64,000 bases of DNA, from positions 4,544,001 to 4,608,000 of the forward strand of contig JASGHG010000001.1 of NCBI GenBank assembly GCA_047602425.1. The letters run 5' to 3'. The stretch is from Nibricoccus sp. GTDB lineage: Bacteria > Verrucomicrobiota > Verrucomicrobiia > Opitutales > Opitutaceae. Position numbers and translations under genes: made by a program. Every line of letters begins with the position of its first letter. The first letter of the stretch is position 1. The notes under the pieces were generated by a model. That model was not told the DNA's origin, made no database searches, and worked only from the letters and a program-made list of their open reading frames with translations. Positions 61,734-64,000 of this stretch are shown in pieces.

Positions 61734-63191
61734 TTATGGAGCAGCCTCGAAGGCTTTCTTCAGGGCGGTCAATTGCGGATCCGAGAGGAAGCTCCGCGCC
61801 TGAACGATCACGGCGCTGAGATCGAACGCGCGTGGATAATCGCTCAGTTTGCCGTCCTCACCGCGGGTGCGATTGCGGTGCAAAATTTCGACAAGTTGCT
61901 CCGACTGCACCGCCGTGAGAGGCGTGGGCGTCCCGGTAAGCGCTTGGGAAACGTGACTGGCGAATTCGCGTACCGGCGCCGTTTCGTTGAAATGCTGGAA
62001 GGCGGCAAAGACGACTTCGCCGAACTCCGTGCGAATTTGCCGTGCGAGCGTGCTGTCGGCGTCGTTCGCAAGCGATTCCACATCGGGATCGGCAGGCTTG
62101 AGTCCTGCGGTGCGCCAAACCACGCCGAGATCGCCATGCAAGCGGAGATTGTCGCGAATGAGCATCTTGAAGGCGGCGGCCCGTTCGGGAGGTAGTTGCA
62201 ATTTATTCAACATCGGATCGTAGTCATCAACCATGCGACTGATCCAAGATTCCCGCGCGACATTGTCCGGGACATGCGCGGTGGCGGATTCTTCGGCGGG
62301 CATAGCCGTCGCTTTTGTTGCAGGCGAGCCAAAGGTGGCGCGGATTGTTTCGGGGGAAGCGCGAGGCGTGTCGATGGTGGCGATTTTGGACACTGTTGAA
62401 ACATTCGCTTTAGGCATCGAAGTTAATTCGGTCTGATTCTTTTTGACGGCGGTTGCGAAAACGACGGCGGCGCCGATTGCAACGACTGCGAGACTGGCGA
62501 TAACAATTGGGTGTGGTTTCATAAAATGACCGAGGGGAATCGCCTTTGAAAGGGGTGCCGCGGCGATAGCGTTGGCGATATTCGTGCTCAGGCTGACGGG
62601 AGCGGCGACAACTTGGCTGCCGATGAACATCGAGAGAGCTGCTGCGGTGGAGTTCACGCCGCGCTTGGCCAGCAAGGTGCGGAGTTTTTCGATTGCCCGG
62701 TCGACGCGCATGCGGGCGGCGTCCTCTTTTACCCGTAAAGCAGCGCCAATGTCGGCGAAGGGACGTTTTTCGAAAAAGCGCAGCAGAATAGCCTCGCGAT
62801 CGAGTTCGTTGAGGTCGCGCATGGTTTCGTCGAGCACAGGCCGCAACCGATGCCACTCGATATCAGTTGAGTTTTGGATTTCGTTCATAGTTGTGGCTTG
62901 TTCTTCGCGGTGTTGCCTCCGGCGAGCGGCGCGAACCGCTTGGGCCGCGGTATGGTGAGTGGTGAGATAAAGCCAGCCCGCCAAAGCCTGATGGCGCAGG
63001 AGCGACGGGGCATTGCGCGCAAGGGCAATAAAGACGCCTTGAGCGACGTCTTGTGCGGAATGTGCATCGCCGCCAACGGTGCGCAGCGCTACGGAATAGA
63101 CGAGGTCGACGTGACGACTTACCAAGTCAGCGAACGCTGGTTCAGAGTGTTCGGCGACATAACGGCGCAAAAGTTCGGAGTCTTCGATCAT
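61734..63191 (-). CDS. ECF sigma-70 factor with TM helix and long C-terminal extension
   Basis: DSELLRRY, AFADLVSRHVDLVYSVA, AQDVAQ, LAGWLY, DREAILLRFFE, AARMRVDRA; TM IVIASLAVVAIGAAVVF. Confidence 0.9.
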   Translation of the reverse strand: MIEDSELLRRYVAEHSEPAFADLVSRHVDLVYSVALRTVGGDAHSAQDVAQGVFIALARNAPSLLRHQALAGWLYLTTHHTAAQAVRAARRRQHREEQATTMNEIQNSTDIEWHRLRPVLDETMRDLNELDREAILLRFFEKRPFADIGAALRVKEDAARMRVDRAIEKLRTLLAKRGVNSTAAALSMFIGSQVVAAPVSLSTNIANAIAAAPLSKAIPLGHFMKPHPIVIASLAVVAIGAAVVFATAVKKNQTELTSMPKANVSTVSKIATIDTPRASPETIRATFGSPATKATAMPAEESATAHVPDNVARESWISRMVDDYDPMLNKLQLPPERAAAFKMLIRDNLRLHGDLGVVWRTAGLKPADPDVESLANDADSTLARQIRTEFGEVVFAAFQHFNETAPVREFASHVSQALTGTPTPLTAVQSEQLVEILHRNRTRGEDGKLSDYPRAFDLSAVIVQARSFLSDPQLTALKKAFEAAP

Positions 63192-63335
63192 GGTCCTTCA
63201 TTCTATAGTTGCCGCCGGTTTTAGCGACCGAACATTGCTTGGGCGGTTTTACGAAGAATTTCGCGCGATTGCGAAGGCGCGCCACTCTTTGGGATCGGCC
63301 TTGAATCCTGAACGCGGCCCATTGAACTTGTTGGC

Positions 63336-64000
63336 ATGAAAATCTTGATCACTGGCATCACCCGTGGGCTTGGCCGCGCGCTTACGGATTATTACATTGC
63401 TGCCGGGCATACGGTGATTGGTTGCGGACGGAGCGGGGAGGGCATCATGGACCTGCGGTTTACGCATCCTGCTCCACACGATTTTTCCGTGGTCGACGTG
63501 GCGGACACAATGAGGGTCGAGATGTGGGCGGAGAAGGTGCTGGCCGTTCACGGCGCACCAGATTTTTTACTCAACGTCGCTGCGCTCATGAACGATCCCG
63601 CTCCGCTCTGGGAAGTGCCCGCGGATAAATTTTCAAAATTGATCGACGTGAATATAAAAGGCGTGACCAACGTTATCCGCGCCTTTGTGCCTGCGATGGT
63701 GCAGGCGAAAAAAGGCGTGATCGTAAACTTCAGTTCGGGTTGGGGGCGTTCGGTGGCGCCGAGGTTCGCGCCTTATTGTGCGTCAAAATGGGCGATAGAA
63801 GGCTTGACCAAGGCCTTGGCGGAAGAATTGCCCTCCGGCATGGCGGTCGTCCCGCTTAACCCCGGCGTCATCAATACAGACATGCTCCGCCAATGCTGGT
63901 CTTCGAGTGCAACAGGCTTTCCCGAAGCGGAGGCGTGGGTAAAAAAGGCTGCGCCTTATATTCTTTCTCTCGGGGCCAAGGATAACGGCCATTCGGTCAG
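63336..64000 (+). CDS. SDR family oxidoreductase (3' end beyond window; absent from the ORF track)
   Basis: Manual translation from ATG 63336: MKILITGITRGLG (TGxxxGxG), VNFSSGWG, YCASK (YxxxK). Confidence 0.9.
   Translation, partial: MKILITGITRGLGRALTDYYIAAGHTVIGCGRSGEGIMDLRFTHPAPHDFSVVDVADTMRVEMWAEKVLAVHGAPDFLLNVAALMNDPAPLWEVPADKFSKLIDVNIKGVTNVIRAFVPAMVQAKKGVIVNFSSGWGRSVAPRFAPYCASKWAIEGLTKALAEELPSGMAVVPLNPGVINTDMLRQCWSSSATGFPEAEAWVKKAAPYILSLGAKDNGHSV

Overview
High-GC bacterial chromosome segment. The gene complement and style (membrane-tethered ECF sigma, split CcsB/CcsA, long LepB, Pro/Ala-rich IF2) suggest a Verrucomicrobia/Opitutaceae-like organism; this is inference only. Housekeeping blocks are icd, ruvA-dapB-dapA, fabD-lepA-lepB, nusA-infB-rbfA-nrnA-truB-ribF-tRNA-Val, recN, system II cytochrome c biogenesis, leuCD and exbBD-like genes. 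Accessory modules are a complete IS481-family element, a three-gene caspase/zinc-ribbon/DUF4384 cluster, a Mo-hydroxylase cluster, two ECF sigma loci and two two-component clusters. The most striking candidate novel system is at 23732-29378. It has a compact YcaO-family enzyme directly downstream of a 66-aa signal-peptide-like precursor. The precursor carries two identical 12-aa cores (PDGGDEGPWEGL) whose codons differ only at synonymous sites. The pair is divergent from a beta-propeller hybrid sensor kinase and a NarL-type regulator, which suggests a modified-peptide (RiPP) signalling circuit. All family assignments come from motif recognition by eye; no database searches were run.
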